Assembly (NCBI GenBank): GCA_951406725.2
Contig: OX597820.1
Coordinates: 127,100,001-127,164,000 of the forward strand
Origin: Octopus vulgaris
Taxonomy: Eukaryota
DNA length: 64,000 nucleotides
Reading direction: 5' to 3'
In this document: positions 12,400-25,346 of the stretch, in pieces
How positions within the stretch are numbered: position 1 is the first letter of the stretch
Layout: each line of letters opens with the position of its first letter
Program-made: the position numbers and the translations under genes
Notes under the pieces: generated by a model
The model's database searches: none
What the model saw: the letters and a program-made list of their open reading frames with translations, nothing else
Told to the model about the DNA's origin: nothing

Positions 12400-12630
12400 A
12401 GGTGCCATGTAAAAGTGCTCATGCTGGTGTCACATTAAAAGCACCCAGCATGCACTGTGAAGTGGTTGGCATGTTAGGAAGGGCATCCAGCCATAGAAAC
12501 CAAGCCAAACCAGACTGGAACCTGGCACAGCTCTCCACCCGGCGCAGCTCTCCACCCGGCACAGCTCTGATCAAACTCTCCAATCCATGCCAACATAGAA
12601 AACAAATGTTGAGGGATGATGATGAGGATA
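12400..12630 (+). mobile_element. Repeat family C (LINE-tail-like SINE ending CCATGCCAGCATGGAA...(GAT)n); other copies ~455-565, 14775-14930, 28520-28830(-), 31960-32180, 43130-43350, 43540-43700, 45085-45255, 55185-55400(-), 58825-58990(-), 62370-62710
   Basis: Recurrent core GGTTGGCRTTAGGAAGGGCATCCAGCYRTAGAAAC with a (GAT)n tail. Confidence 0.8.
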
Positions 12631-12660
12631 TGTATATGCTGGAGCACCTCCTTTAGTCTG

Positions 12661-13065
12661 TGGCCATGCTGGAGCACCTCCTTTAGTCGAGCAAATCGAC
12701 TCCAGGACTTATTCTTTGTAAGCCTAGTACTTATTCTATCGGTCTCTTTTGCCAAACCACTAAGTTACGGGGACGTAAACACACCAGCATCGGTTGTCAA
12801 GCGATGTTGGGGGGACAAACACACACACAAACATATGCACAAATATATGTATGTATATATATATATACACACACACACACATACATACATACATACATAT
12901 ATACAACGGGCTTCCTTCAGTTTCCGTCTACCAAATCTACTCACAAGGCTTTGTTTGGCCCGAGGCTATAGTAGAAGACACTTGCCCAAGGTGCCATGCA
13001 GTGGGAATGAACCCAGACCATGTGGTTGGTAAGCAAGCTACTTACCTCACAGCCACTCCTGCGCC
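12661..13065 (-). mobile_element. SINE family A
   Basis: Colinear with 8227-8642. Confidence 0.9.
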
Positions 13066-13150
13066 TATGTATCATTTATATAGATTCATGTCAAAAATTA
13101 TCTTAATTTATCCTTGTTAGTATAATTAGATTGTTAAATACCATATTCTA

Positions 13151-13152
<2 letters not shown>

Positions 13153-13215
<63 letters not shown>
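13153..13215. repeat. Perfect (TG)n microsatellite
   Basis: Direct inspection. Confidence 0.97.
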
Positions 13216-13216
<1 letters not shown>

Positions 13217-14932
13217 ACATGCATCTTAGTGTGATAAAATTAATTTCCAAATGATTTATTACTATCAATTAAAAATAACGAAGCTTTCAATAACTTCCTT
13301 CCTCCACAATGATACGAATTCCTGCTTGCTTCCTCATTCTAGTTGCTCACTAAAACATTAAGGGCAAAGGTTATTGAACAACAGGAAGTATTCTCAGTTC
13401 TTGTTGGGCTGTACCTGTCAGTTATTGTTACTAATTCTCCACCCATTTCCAACATTTTCTCCTTCCACTCCTCATCACGATTTATTTTTTTTAAAATGTT
13501 TTCCTTGGTGTAATATTTTATATTCTCAACCTGCTAGTCATAGTAGCCAAATCTCCCTCAAATCACCCTCTAGCATCTTAAATGAAAAGGATGCTTAGAA
13601 GACGTAGCTCTATATTCCTTATTCTTAACTAAGGCCCATAAAAGGTTTTGTTCTACAATCTACAAAATATTTTATCAATTTTTTTCATCCAACTCCTAAT
13701 AGTATTTAATTATAAGAATACAATAGGATTTTATCTAAGCATCAAATGGCTAGGAGGGTACATTCAAGTAAAATAGGAATCAAAGGGATTCATAGACAAA
13801 AAAGGTTGAGAAACAGGGCTCTAGACACACCTTTCGGAAAAAAATAAGGATTTTCATAACCAGTATACATTTGATAATTAAATCTAATCAACCATACTTG
13901 ACCTAGGGTTGAAAAGCAGTGTGAAGTTCCAATATCTCAAGGAAGTTCTTGCAATTTTACCATTTCACTTGACTTATGCCATGTATTAACTCTTTTCATC
14001 CCAATGTGTTAGAGATTGTCCTTGGTTCCCTGATATAGGTTTCCTCTTTTAATGTCTTTTACATTAAAACCTATCAAAGATTCGTGTTTATTTATGTTCC
14101 AAACAGCAGCTTAATAAATGACAAAGTTATTTTATTAAATTCTTCATTATTCTCAAAATCAATTAAAACAAAAGACTGTGTTTCAATAGAAATATGGTAA
14201 CAAAAGGGTTGATGCCACAACATTTTATTTCCCTATTTTCCTCTGAAGTCACTTAAGTTGATCACCTGGTGTTTGATGTCTCCTAATAATCTTTAGGATA
14301 AATATTGGATATTGATTTTCTTGGTGGAAACAGATATAATTGGTGATTTGAACACGGAGCTTGAAGAAATAAAGCTACATATTGTTAGGCTGTTTGATGC
14401 TTTTACCATTTTTGCTATCTGGTTTTTCAAAATCTTTCCTTGTTTGCACATTTGATTTGTTTCTGTATGGTTTTACCATTCTTCTTCTTTCCACTAATAT
14501 CCAGCATTCTGCAAGTTTTTCTCTGATTTTGTTAGGTTAGTTGGACTCATGACTGCGTTTAACTCCTTTCTTACCATTTTACTGTTCAAGTTTCCAGATA
14601 CTGCTACTCACCCTTATAATATGGAATAGCCATGTGTCTCCTCTATAGCAAGATATCTGTTCTGGTCTCTTTCTGCCTCTCAACACCTGGCATAAAAGTC
14701 ACCTCCCCCATCCTCATGCTCCACCCCACTTAGTCATGGATGGAGCTTTTCTCTTTCTTGTTTCACAATATAATTGGCAATCTCACTCGTGCTGGTGTCA
14801 CAAAAAAACAAAAAACCCACCTAGTACACACTGTAAGGGGGTTGGCATTGGGAAGGGCATCTAGCCTTAGAAAAACATGCCAAAGCTGACACTGGATCTT
14901 GGCACAGTCCTGTTCTTTGCTGGATCCTGTCA

Positions 14933-15576
14933 TGTAGTTTGTGTGTGTAGTTTGTCGATGCAACGAAGACCATCAAGTCATCCTGGGGTGGGGGTGGGCT
15001 TGTTTTGTGAGTCCGCAGATGGTTAGTGAGGCCAATCTGCACCCAAAAGAGTCTTTGACAGTGTGGACAGGGAATGGTAGCGCCTGCTACTGGGTTGTTA
15101 GCTCTGTTCTTCCTGGCTTGCCTGCGGTCTTCTGCAGCAGTGATCCTATTGGTCTCGCATGGGTTGGCACTCTTGTCAACAGCTGATCGCCATCCTTCTC
15201 TGTCTAGAGCAGAATGCTCCCAAGTGTCATGGTTGATGCTGAAGGCTTTCAGTGTGTTCTTAAAGCGCTTCTTCTGGCTGCTTTGTGAGCGCTTTCACTT
15301 TCGCAGCTAGCCAAAGAGCAATCTTTTTGGTAATCGATTGTCTGACATGCAAGCTACGTGTCCTGCCCAGTGAAGCTGAGACTGCATCAAGATGGTATGG
15401 ATGCTGGGCAGGTTAGCACGTATTAGTACCTCAGTGTCCGGGATCCTGTCCTGCCACTTTATGCCGAGAAGTTTTCTGAGGCGTATTGTATGAAAGTGGT
15501 TCGGCTTCCTGGCATGACGCTGGTAGACCGCCCAGGACTCGCAGCCGTAAAGCAGTGTTGTGATAAACCACCAGGT
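14933..15576 (-). mobile_element. RTE (BovB-like) LINE, 5'-truncated 3' fragment, inserted in a family C repeat
   Basis: TLLYGCESW...LRKLLGIKWQDRIPDTEVL...LHWAGHVACMSDNRLPKRLLFG; TSD CTGGATCCTGTCA at 14920-14932 and 15577-15589. Confidence 0.92.
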
Positions 15577-15868
15577 CTGGATCCTGTCAAACCATCTAAC
15601 ACATGCCAGCATGGAAAAGAGATATTAAATAACGATAATATACTGCATTTGTTTCAATTTATTTTGAAAAGAATGAAAAATTTAATAAAAGTAACTCTGT
15701 CATGGTTGGAATATGAATTAACATGAAATTTTGATGGAAATTTTTAATTTAACTCTCTTTGAAATAGGGAATTTGTATCATAGAGCCAAGGTGGTATCAA
15801 AAGAGTTAATGCTAATGATATCTTTCACTGGAAGCTGGAAATAACTTCATTTAAGAACTGGTCTTCAT

Positions 15869-15910
<42 letters not shown>

Positions 15911-16409
15911 GCACGCACGCACCACAGCATAGTGTAATTAGCTTTAAATTTGCATTTATTTTCAGTTTGAAATTTCACATTGATAAAACAATTTTAACAA
16001 TTTTTTAATATACAGATTAAGATTTTTGCAAAGATATATCAATTCAAAATTTAGTTTCTATTGAATATTTATTTATATTTTGTCCTTTCAAAAATAAATT
16101 GAATGATTTTCAGTTACTGAATTTTCTATCCCCTAAAACAGAATGTTTATTTGCCTATAAATAGCTGTCATGGTTTATTATAAACAGACGTTTCCTTTTT
16201 ATCTAAATCAAGTTAATTCAAGAGAACTAATTTCAGAATCTGATTACTTAATGGAACTTATTGAATAGATGTTGAGGTGGCATCTAGATAAAAAAAAGTT
16301 TGCAGAGGTGGCCAGTTATGGAGTGTTGGATCTTATCTGCTTCAGCTTTGGTTGAAGATGTCCAAAGATGCTTGTTTGATTGTGTTTAATCTTGAGCTGT
16401 TGTCTCATT

Positions 16410-16750
16410 TATTCTTTTACTTGTTTCAATCATTGGTCCGTGGCCATGCTGGGGCACTGCCTTGAGGAATTTTAGTTGAATTGACCCCAGTGCCCATATT
16501 TTTAAATCTGGTATTCTATTGATCTCTTTTGCCGAACTGCTAGGTTATGGGGATGTAAACAGTCCAGCATTGGTTGTCAAGCAGTGTGGAGACAAACACA
16601 GACTTGCATGCACACACACACACACACACACACACACTTATACACACACACATACACATGCACACAACAGGCTTACACATAGTTTGTCTACCAAGCTCAC
16701 ATACAAATATTATTGGTGACCAGTGGCTATAGTTAGACACTTGGCCAAGG
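16410..16750 (-). mobile_element. SINE family A, older copy (similar minus-strand copies at ~7030-7372, 18800-19140, 22820-23530, 23528-23885, 61905-62140)
   Basis: Diverged but colinear with 8227-8642. Confidence 0.8.
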
Positions 16751-17039
16751 TGATTTTCAGCAGAACCGATATCATTGCTAGTGTTCTTTATATATATTTT
16801 TTTGTTTACTGTGATTGAATAATGAAAAAAAGATTAAAAGAATTATTTTGGCAACATTTACTGGGTGTTTAGATTTGTGTTTTGGCAAAGAAGAGATTCT
16901 TAGAACAGCATTGGCACAAACCTAAGAACCATCATTGAAGAATCTTGATAGAGATTCAAATTTAACAGGCTCTCACACTGTGATATGTTATATCTCTCAT
17001 GTAAATCATAACTTTAATGTGTTGTTATTCCCTGCTGGC

Positions 17040-17400
17040 AAATGTTGGGGGCAGGTCTGCAGCAAGAATATACATCATGAACAATCTTCACAATACTGCA
17101 TCATCTGGTCTGATTAGTCAAACATACTCAGAGGTAAAGGATATATTTCACGTGCTTTTTGCTTCAGATAGCTTTTCCACTGTCAACTCACAGCACATGT
17201 TCACCCAGCAGGTGTCATGCATTTGCATTATATGCCCATAGCAGTACAAAACCTCTTGTACATACTCACCAACTTAATGCCTAGTTGTCATCTTCTTGCA
17301 TTTCATATTTCATGTTTAACATGTTATCATCACACAGATTCAGAGGTAATACTGAATTCATTTCTATCCACCTTCTTCAAATTTTCTATATTTAGTGTTC
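17040..17400 (-). mobile_element. Degenerate RTE-type LINE 3' remnant
   Basis: Minus strand LKKVDRNE and LYCYGHIMQMHDTCWVNMCCELTVE resemble the RTE C-terminal LRWYGHVMRM...WVKKC..L.VEG. Confidence 0.5.
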
Positions 17401-19942
17401 AAGCTTTATTTCTATGCTGCATCATGCACCTTCTTGCATTTGTGCATGCACACACACACACACACACACATACGGCCCCTCTTCTTTTTTTTTAATAGCG
17501 GTAAACAGCTTCATGATCTTCTTTTACTTCTTTCTTAACTCCAATTATAATGAATATCCATAAATTCATAACCTAAGAGGGATTTTAGGGATTCCAGTTG
17601 GAAAATTGTTTTTAGGTTGAGAAATTCCTCATTTACAAGGGCAGTGAGCTGACAAGATTGTTAGTATGTCAGATAAAACACTTAGTGGCATTTTGTTCCT
17701 CTTTACATTCTGTGTTTAAATTCCCTGAGATTAATTTTGGGGGGGGGGATTGATGGAATCAGTATCAGTTAAGCATTGAGGATGAAGTAATCGACTTATA
17801 TACTCACTGAAAATTGCTGGCCTTGTGTAAAAAATTAGAATTATTTGCACTTTACATCAGATTTTTTTTCTCCAACCCTTTTGATATCAACCTGCCTGAG
17901 ACTGTCCTGTTTAAAGTGATTTCAATTTAAAGCTTCTATCAAAGTAGCCTCTGAAATTACATTCCAAACGTCAGCATCAACTAAATAATGACAAAATTTA
18001 CTAAATTCTTCAATATTTTAAAAAATTAACTCAAGCAATTAACTGTATATTTCAACAAATATGGTCAGGAATAGGTTGATATTGATCTGTTGGATGCTAA
18101 TGTCAAATGAGGCTGTTAATGTTATGCAATAAATTGTAATGTTGTGTACAAGTCTGCCTTTTTTTTCTCTTCTATATAAAAAAGAAAATTGGGAAGGTTG
18201 AACAAGTTAAGGCTGGTGGGTGAATATAGAAAAACTTTAAATAAAACAAGACGTGTATTTGATCCATATGGTGCTTAAAGTTTCTAATTATATCTTGTCT
18301 ATGTTACACATTTAGAAAATAGTTTCTTTGAATCACCCTAGCCTCATAATAGAGAGTCTGTTTATATACAATGTAAATTGTGTATGTTAAGTATGTAGTT
18401 TCTTTAAGCTAGTCTGACCCCTTTTTGCACTATTTCACTACCCTTGTGCCAATATTTGTGATTCTAGCTATAGCTTATAACTTTGAGAAGGATAGTCTTT
18501 GCCTCCTCAACACTGCGTTTATTCTTCGGTGATGGTCACTTTCATTTATGATTGCATTTCACTGTGTGTAAAATATGGTATCTTGAGATTGTTATTGATT
18601 GTATTTTCAGTTCAAGTTTGATTGGGGAAACCCACTGAGTGCGACAGAAAAACCTCCCACATATTACACAGTTCAAGTTAATTGATTGATAATGGTGCCT
18701 TCATGTAGCTAATGTTTCTGTTAAAAACATATTTCCTTCGATTCAATTACGAAAACCATCAACAATTTTAGTAAAATAACTTTGCTATTATTGGTATTTA
18801 TTCTTTTACTTGTTTCAGTCGTTAGACTGTGGCCCTACTGGCACTTGAAGGGCTTAATTAAACATATTGACCCCAGTTCTTGTTCTTTTTAAATCTGGTA
18901 CTTATTCTACCAGTTTCTTGATGAACTTCTAAGTTATGGGGATGTAAACAGACACAGGTTGTGAAGCAATGTAGGGACACACACATGCACACACACACAC
19001 GACTGGCTTCCACACAATTATTGTCTACCAAATCCACTCACAAGGCAGTGGTCAGCCTGGGGCTAAAGTAGAGGACACTTATCCTTGGTGCCTCTCTTAG
19101 GGATTGAGCCTGAGACCATATGATTGTGAAATCTACTCCTATGAAGAATGAATCGATATGATGTAAAAGTGGTCTTATAGCATGCAATTTAATATAAAGC
19201 CTTCATTTCGTTCCCTATGTAGCAGAAGTCCCCAACCTTTTTTGCATCACAGACTGGTTCGGTACTTATTTTACTGGTCTGTTGACAAACTGCCAAGTTA
19301 ATGGGGACATAAACAAACCAACACAGTGGCCTTACACAGCATGCAATTTAATGTAGGTTTTTCATTTTGTTCCTTTTTTTTTAATTGCAAACTGGTTTCA
19401 TGCAAGACAGTTTTTTTCCCCCCAGACCAGGGGATTACATGCATAACAAAACAAAATGCATAATACATAATCGAAATATTACATATCTAATACATATATG
19501 TGAAGGTATGCGGCCTGAAGGTTTGGGTGTTGCATTCACGATTGCTAGATTGTGGGTTCAATTCCAAGATAGGGTGGTGTGTTGTGTTCTTGAGCAAAAC
19601 ACTTCATTTTACATTGCTCTAGTGGGTGGGAGAGTAGCAGGAACATTGGCACATCAGCAGAATGATGTGTTACAGCATATCATCTGGCTCTCTACATTCT
19701 GAGTTCAAATCCATATTTGTCAAAAAATCATGTAAAAAAAAAAAAAAATGCCAAAAACAATCACAGTAATGAAAACATAGGAATCCAAAATTTCAAGATT
19801 GTGGGTCCAGTTTCAGTCTGGAATGTCTTTAATTTACTCATGGGGTCAGCCTGATTCCAAAATAGTATGATATGTTGGGCTATGGCCTCTAGGAGTAAAG
19901 TTGAAAAAGTGTGACACACTGACACATTTATTGTATTATATT

Positions 19943-20175
19943 AAGGCAGCAAGCTGGCAGAATTGTTAACCTGCTGGGTGAAATGCTTAGTGGTATTTCG
20001 TCTGCCATTACGTTCTGAGTTCAAATTCCGCCGAGGTCGACTTTGCCTTTCATCCTTTTGGGGTCGATTAAATAAGTACCAGTTATGCACTGGGATTGAT
20101 ATAATCGACTTAATCTGTTTGACTGTCCTTGTTTGTCACCTCTATGTTTAGCCCCTTGTGGGCAGTAAAGAAATA
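19943..20175 (+). mobile_element. tRNA-derived SINE family B (other copies 21878-22090, 22150-22340, 25861-26073, 51115-51317)
   Basis: Head AGCTGGCAGAA...GAGTTCAAATTCC; body GTCGACTTTGCCTTTCATCCTTT; 3' end TAGCCCCTTGTGGGCAGTAAAGAAATA. Confidence 0.88.
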
Positions 20176-23077
20176 AGTATTTCGTCTGCCGTTAGGTTTT
20201 GCCTTTCAGCCTTGATAAAATTAGTACCAGTTACATGCTGGGGTTGATGTAATTTTAGGCCTTGTGCTTCCAGTAGAAAGCATTTATTAAAGTTGAAAAA
20301 GTGTGACACACATTCACATATATTATATGTGTTTAGTTTTGGGGAAACTTTATTTCAGTTAAAGTGTATTTTATGTGTGTGTGTGTGTGTGTGTGTTAAA
20401 GAAAGCAAAAAATAAAACCAAAATGATAGTGTTCAGTATGTTGGCAACAGGAATTTCTGTCAAAGAGACATGGTTAAACAGTTGTACATCATCTCCCTCT
20501 TTCTCTCACACACCCACTCTTTCTCTTTTATTACTCCCACTGCCATCATCAACTCTCACTAAATTTCTTTTTCTCTCTCTCTGTCTACACCACTGCCCTC
20601 ACCATCTCTATGCCTACTGTTACTCTCACCCCATCATGAGGAATAGTAGGAGTGTCATTGAATAGTGAGAGAGAGAGAGAGGATCTAAGTGTTTCACACA
20701 GAAATTAGTTTTCACGTTTATTATATTAGATGTAATACAAGTAGAATGCAAAAAGCCCTGCGGACTGCAATAGCCAATAAAATAGAAATAAAATTAAAAA
20801 ATTCTTTCTGTGCAGCTCAGTACCAAATGATCTGTGGCCTGGTGGTCGAGGAGGGCCTACTGCTATGTAGGATATCTAGCTATTTTCTTCCTCACTTCCA
20901 TGTTCTACTACATGGAGGTAGGGGTAAGATACCTTCTGTTGTTTTGGTGATGGTTTGTAATTAGTCTTCCGTCAATAATCTCCTGAGTAATAATATATCA
21001 GATTAACATTGTTAAAGTGTTGTTAATGCTAGAGAAGATTTAAATATTTTACTTAGCTGTTGTCCCTAAAGTACTTTCCTTTTTTTGTTTTTTTTCACTC
21101 CTTTATCATTTTCTTTCAGTTTTTACTTAATCCTCTTTCTCTCCCTTTCTTCTTTCATCTCTTCCCATTTTCCTTTCTCTCCATTACTCTTCTGACTCTC
21201 TTATGCTTTCTATTTGTTCCTCTGTCTCCCTGTCCTTGCTTCTCTCTCCTTCTTTGTCACCTCTCTCTCTCTCTCTCTCTCTTTCTCCTTTAGTTCCCCT
21301 TTTTCCTTTCTCCACTTGTTTTCTCTCTCTCTCTCCCTCTCCTCTGTTTTGTCTTTCTTGCTCATTTTCTTTCCCTCCCCCCTCTCTCTCTCCCTCTATT
21401 TGTGCTCTCTCTTTCTTCATTCCTCACCTTTCACTACACCTGCCTCTTTCTCCACTCTGCCTCACACACTTCTTTCTCTTTCCTTCTCTCATGCTTTTAA
21501 TTATAGTCTCCTGTGATTAATTAGTACATACATAATAATTCTTAATTTCCCATTGTGGCTTTTCTCTATTTCCTCTTGTGGGACTATTGTATAATTCATG
21601 CAGCTATTGATTTCCCAATGATGATGATGATGATGATGATGAACATCCTATAGTGCGTAACTTATTAGTAAGCATTCCTGCACTAATAGTACAACAGTGT
21701 ACTCAGTACTTAACAGTGTATGATTTCATTTCTCGATGATTGTGGTTTCCAATCCTACTTGGGCCAATCTTATATTTAATTTTGTTAAGTTTGTTAAAAT
21801 AAGTATTAGACATAGTATCAGATTAAGGGCTTTAGGGGCTGCAAAACCCTAAAGCCCATGTCTTAATCTGGCGCTGTGGTGGTGAGCTGGCAAAATCGTT
21901 AGCTCCCTGGGTAAAATGCTTTGTGGCATTTCATCCATCTTTACATTGTGAGTTCAAATTCTGCTGAAGTCTCAACTTTGCCTTTCATCCTTTCAGGGTT
22001 GGTGAAATAGATGGTAGTTGAGCACTGGGCTCAATGTAATCACTCTACCTGCCTTCCTGCAACTTGCTGGCTTTGTGCCAAAAATTTGAAACGGTTATTA
22101 TTGTTATTTTGGTGGTGGTGGTGGTGGTGGTGGTGGTTGTTAATCCTACAAGTTGGCAGAACCGTTAGCATGCAGGACAAAATGCTTAGCAGCATTTTGT
22201 TTGTCTTTGCATTCTGAGTTCAAATTCCACTGAGGTTGACTTTGCTTTTCATCCTTTCGGGAATCGATGAACTGACCACTTGGGGACAATGTAACTGACC
22301 AGCCCTCTTCCCCCAAATTTCAGGCTCTGTGTCTTGTAGAAATGGTTTTTATTGGAGCTGCTAGCTGGAACAACCATTTCCAATTCTTTATGTTCTAATT
22401 ACTGATGAAGCTGGATTTGCTTTTCATCCTCTCAGAGTTGATAAAATTGTACAAGTTGATGTGATTGGCTTGCTCCTTCCCTTCGAAATTGCTGACTTTG
22501 TGCCAACATTAGAGATAATTACCATTATTAAAGTGGGTAGCAAATACTAAAATGGGATGTCCTTGATGTGAAAGAAACAGACTAAAATGTTTCCAGATGT
22601 TTCCAATAAGCAGCTGGAAGAGCCACCAGAAATTAAGTGAAGAGTTGTTGAAATGCATCACAGAGGCTTCACAGTGGATGTAACCTGAAAGCATAGAAAA
22701 ATATTAACCAGGGTCCCAGTTAGGCGTCACCCAGAGAAATTATTGTTGTTCCTCTGTTGAATTCTTATTACATCAACCTATGATCAAATCATTTTGACTG
22801 TGGCTATGCATTCTTTTATTCTTTTACTCATTTGACTGTGGTCATGCTGGAGCACAGTCTTAAAAGGGTTTCAGTGGAAGAAATCGTGCCCCCCCCACCA
22901 GGACTTATTCCTTGTAAGTTTAGTTCTTATTATATCAGTCTCTTTGGCTGCACTGATAAGTTACACAGACATAAACATACCATCATCAGTTGCCAAGCGA
23001 TGGCAGGGGGACTGAGACAGACACACATAAAAATAAACGAACATGCATATATATATATATATATATAGATATATATG

Positions 23078-23421
23078 TGAAGGCGCATGGCTCAGTGGTT
23101 AGAGCGTCGAGCTTACGATCGTGAGGTTGTGAGCTCGAATCCCGGACCGGGCTGCATGTTGTGTTCTTGAGCAAGGCACTTTATTTCACGTTGCTCCAGT
23201 TCACTCAGCTGTAGAAATGAGTTGCGACGTCACTGGTGCCAAGCTGTATCGACCTTTGTCTTTCCCTTGGATAACACTGGTGGCGTGGAGAGGGGAGGCT
23301 GGTATGCATGGGCGACTGCTGGTCTTCCATAAACAACCTTGCCCGGACTTGTGTCTAGGAGGGTAACTTTCTAGGTGCAATCCCATGGTCATTCATGACC
23401 GAAGGGGGTCTTTACCCTTTA
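23078..23421 (+). mobile_element. tRNA-derived CORE-like SINE nested in the (TA)n tract of a family A SINE
   Basis: A box TGGCTCAGTGG, B box GCTCGAATCC, CORE-like TTGAGCAAGGCACTTTATTTCAC...CACTCAGCTGTAGAAATGAGT; heads of related copies near 19500, 43710, 47815. Confidence 0.85.
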
Positions 23422-24324
23422 GATATATATATATATATATACATGATGGACATACATGATGGACGTCTTTCAGTTTCTGTCTACCAAATCCACTCACAAG
23501 GCTTTGGTTTATTCAAGGCCCCAGTAGAAGATACTTGTCCAAGGTGCCATGCTGGGGCACAAATTGAAGGGTTTAGTTGAACAAATCAGCCTTGGTATTT
23601 TCTGTTTGTTTTTTGAGTTTGCAATTCATGTAAAAGACCAACAGAATATGTATCTAAGTTATTGGAATGTAAACAAACCAACACCAGTCATCAAGTGGTG
23701 GTGGGGGAACATACACATATACATGCACACAGAACAAGCTTCCACATGGTTTCCATTCACCAAATTCACTTGTAAGTTATTGGTTGACCTGGGGCTGGAG
23801 TAGAAGACACTTGCCCAAGGTGTTGCACAGTGGAATAGAACCCCAAACCTTGTGGTTCCAAAGCAAACTTCTTAGCCACACAACCTGTATTTTTTTTTCT
23901 TCAGGCATTGAGTATCTAGGGATACTTTAATCAATATCTGCTTCCATTTTTTAATTTTAAAAATGGTTCTCTGCTTAGAAGAGGTTTTCTTGTTATTTCT
24001 AGTAAATCAAGAGACCACAAAGAGACTTTATTATCTCAAAGTTGATGGTTAGCTGCTAAAAACAAAAGAAAAAGCTCATTGCCCCCCTCCACCCCCCCAG
24101 CATCCAAAAGTTTAGAAATTCTTCTCATAATCAGAAAAGAAAAGAAATATATTTTATAGGAAATGAGAATCCTGCTGTGTACCATTTATCGAAACTGAAT
24201 ATGAACTCTGTTTTTGATGAACCAAACCCTCAATCAATCCAATATTGATTTTCAATATTAGGCCTTGTATACAAATTGAGGGGGGGGGTTAAAAATAATG
24301 CCCACATAACCACCACCACCACCA

Positions 24325-24816
24325 CATCATCATCATCACCATTGTTCGACCGTGGTCGAGACAATGGAATTTACCATGCTACGCCAGACTTCATGGTCCA
24401 TCATGGCATTACGGAGGTCCTGTTGCTGGATGCCTGTGTCCCTGGAGATTACATCAGGGTAGGAGAGTGTGCGCCCTCTGGTATTGCGAGTAGATGGTTT
24501 CCAGAGGAGAAGAGTAGAAATTACTTCTTTTTCAGCTCTACAACAATGTCCAGCAAACTGGACTCTCCTACCTTTCACAAGAGATGACACAGGTGGTAGT
24601 TTCCCATATATTTGCATTTTGGTTGGATGGCGCTTCCACGAGAGATTTTGAGCTCTCATAGGAGGCGAGTGTAGGTTCCATCTAACCGCCTCTCAAGCTT
24701 CTTTGATAACGTCCAGGTTTCTGAGCCTAGAATTGGTTCGACTGTGGCTTTGAAGATTTCAAGTTTGAAGTCTCTACTTAGATTTGATGACCAGATCTGC
24801 ATATCATTAGAGGCTG
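24325..24816 (-). mobile_element. RTE-clade LINE 3' fragment
   Basis: FKATVEPIL/GSETWTL...RRLDGTYTRLLMRAQNLSWKRH...RRVQFAGHC; (GAT)n tail; (ACC)n on both flanks as a possible TSD. Confidence 0.9.
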
Positions 24817-25314
24817 ACCACCACCACCACCACAACTACTACTACTACTACTACTCAGTTCTACTTAATATTTTTTTGTCAGTCTGTATCAAATATATTT
24901 TGTTATTCTAGTATAATGTTAGATATAAAACTATTGATACTTTTCTAATACCAAGTAACCTGTGGGTAGATGTCAAAGACATTATGGAAGTTCTCCACTT
25001 GGCTTTTTTAGATAGCAATGTGTTTGCAGGCTTTGCTGGGTGTTTTATTATTTTTTTGGGGGTGTTTGTCTTTCGTTTTTCCTTCATTTCTTTGGTTACA
25101 TTTCTTTATTTCTTCTTTTACTGTATAAAAACTTCCTCACTAACCCCCCACCCTACCTTGCTTGTAATTTACATTTGGTTTGAAAGACACCATTTATTAT
25201 TACTGTTTTTATTTTGTTTTAAATATTTGTTCATTTATTTTTTGTTACATGGCAAAAGGAACTACTACAGTGTTATCTCATTAAACCCTCCCTTCCTGTC
25301 TCGACCCCCTCTCT

Positions 25315-25346
<32 letters not shown>

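Noticed and set aside
18611-18676. Possible exon FKFDWGNPLSATEKPPTYYTVQ after ttttcAG
   Set aside because: Donor is weak, there is no recognisable homology, and it is bounded by a short direct repeat (CAGTTCAAGTT).
23078-23150. tRNA genes at ~2370, 23080, 39140 and similar
   Set aside because: These are SINE heads with A/B boxes continuing into SINE bodies; no convincing cloverleaf.
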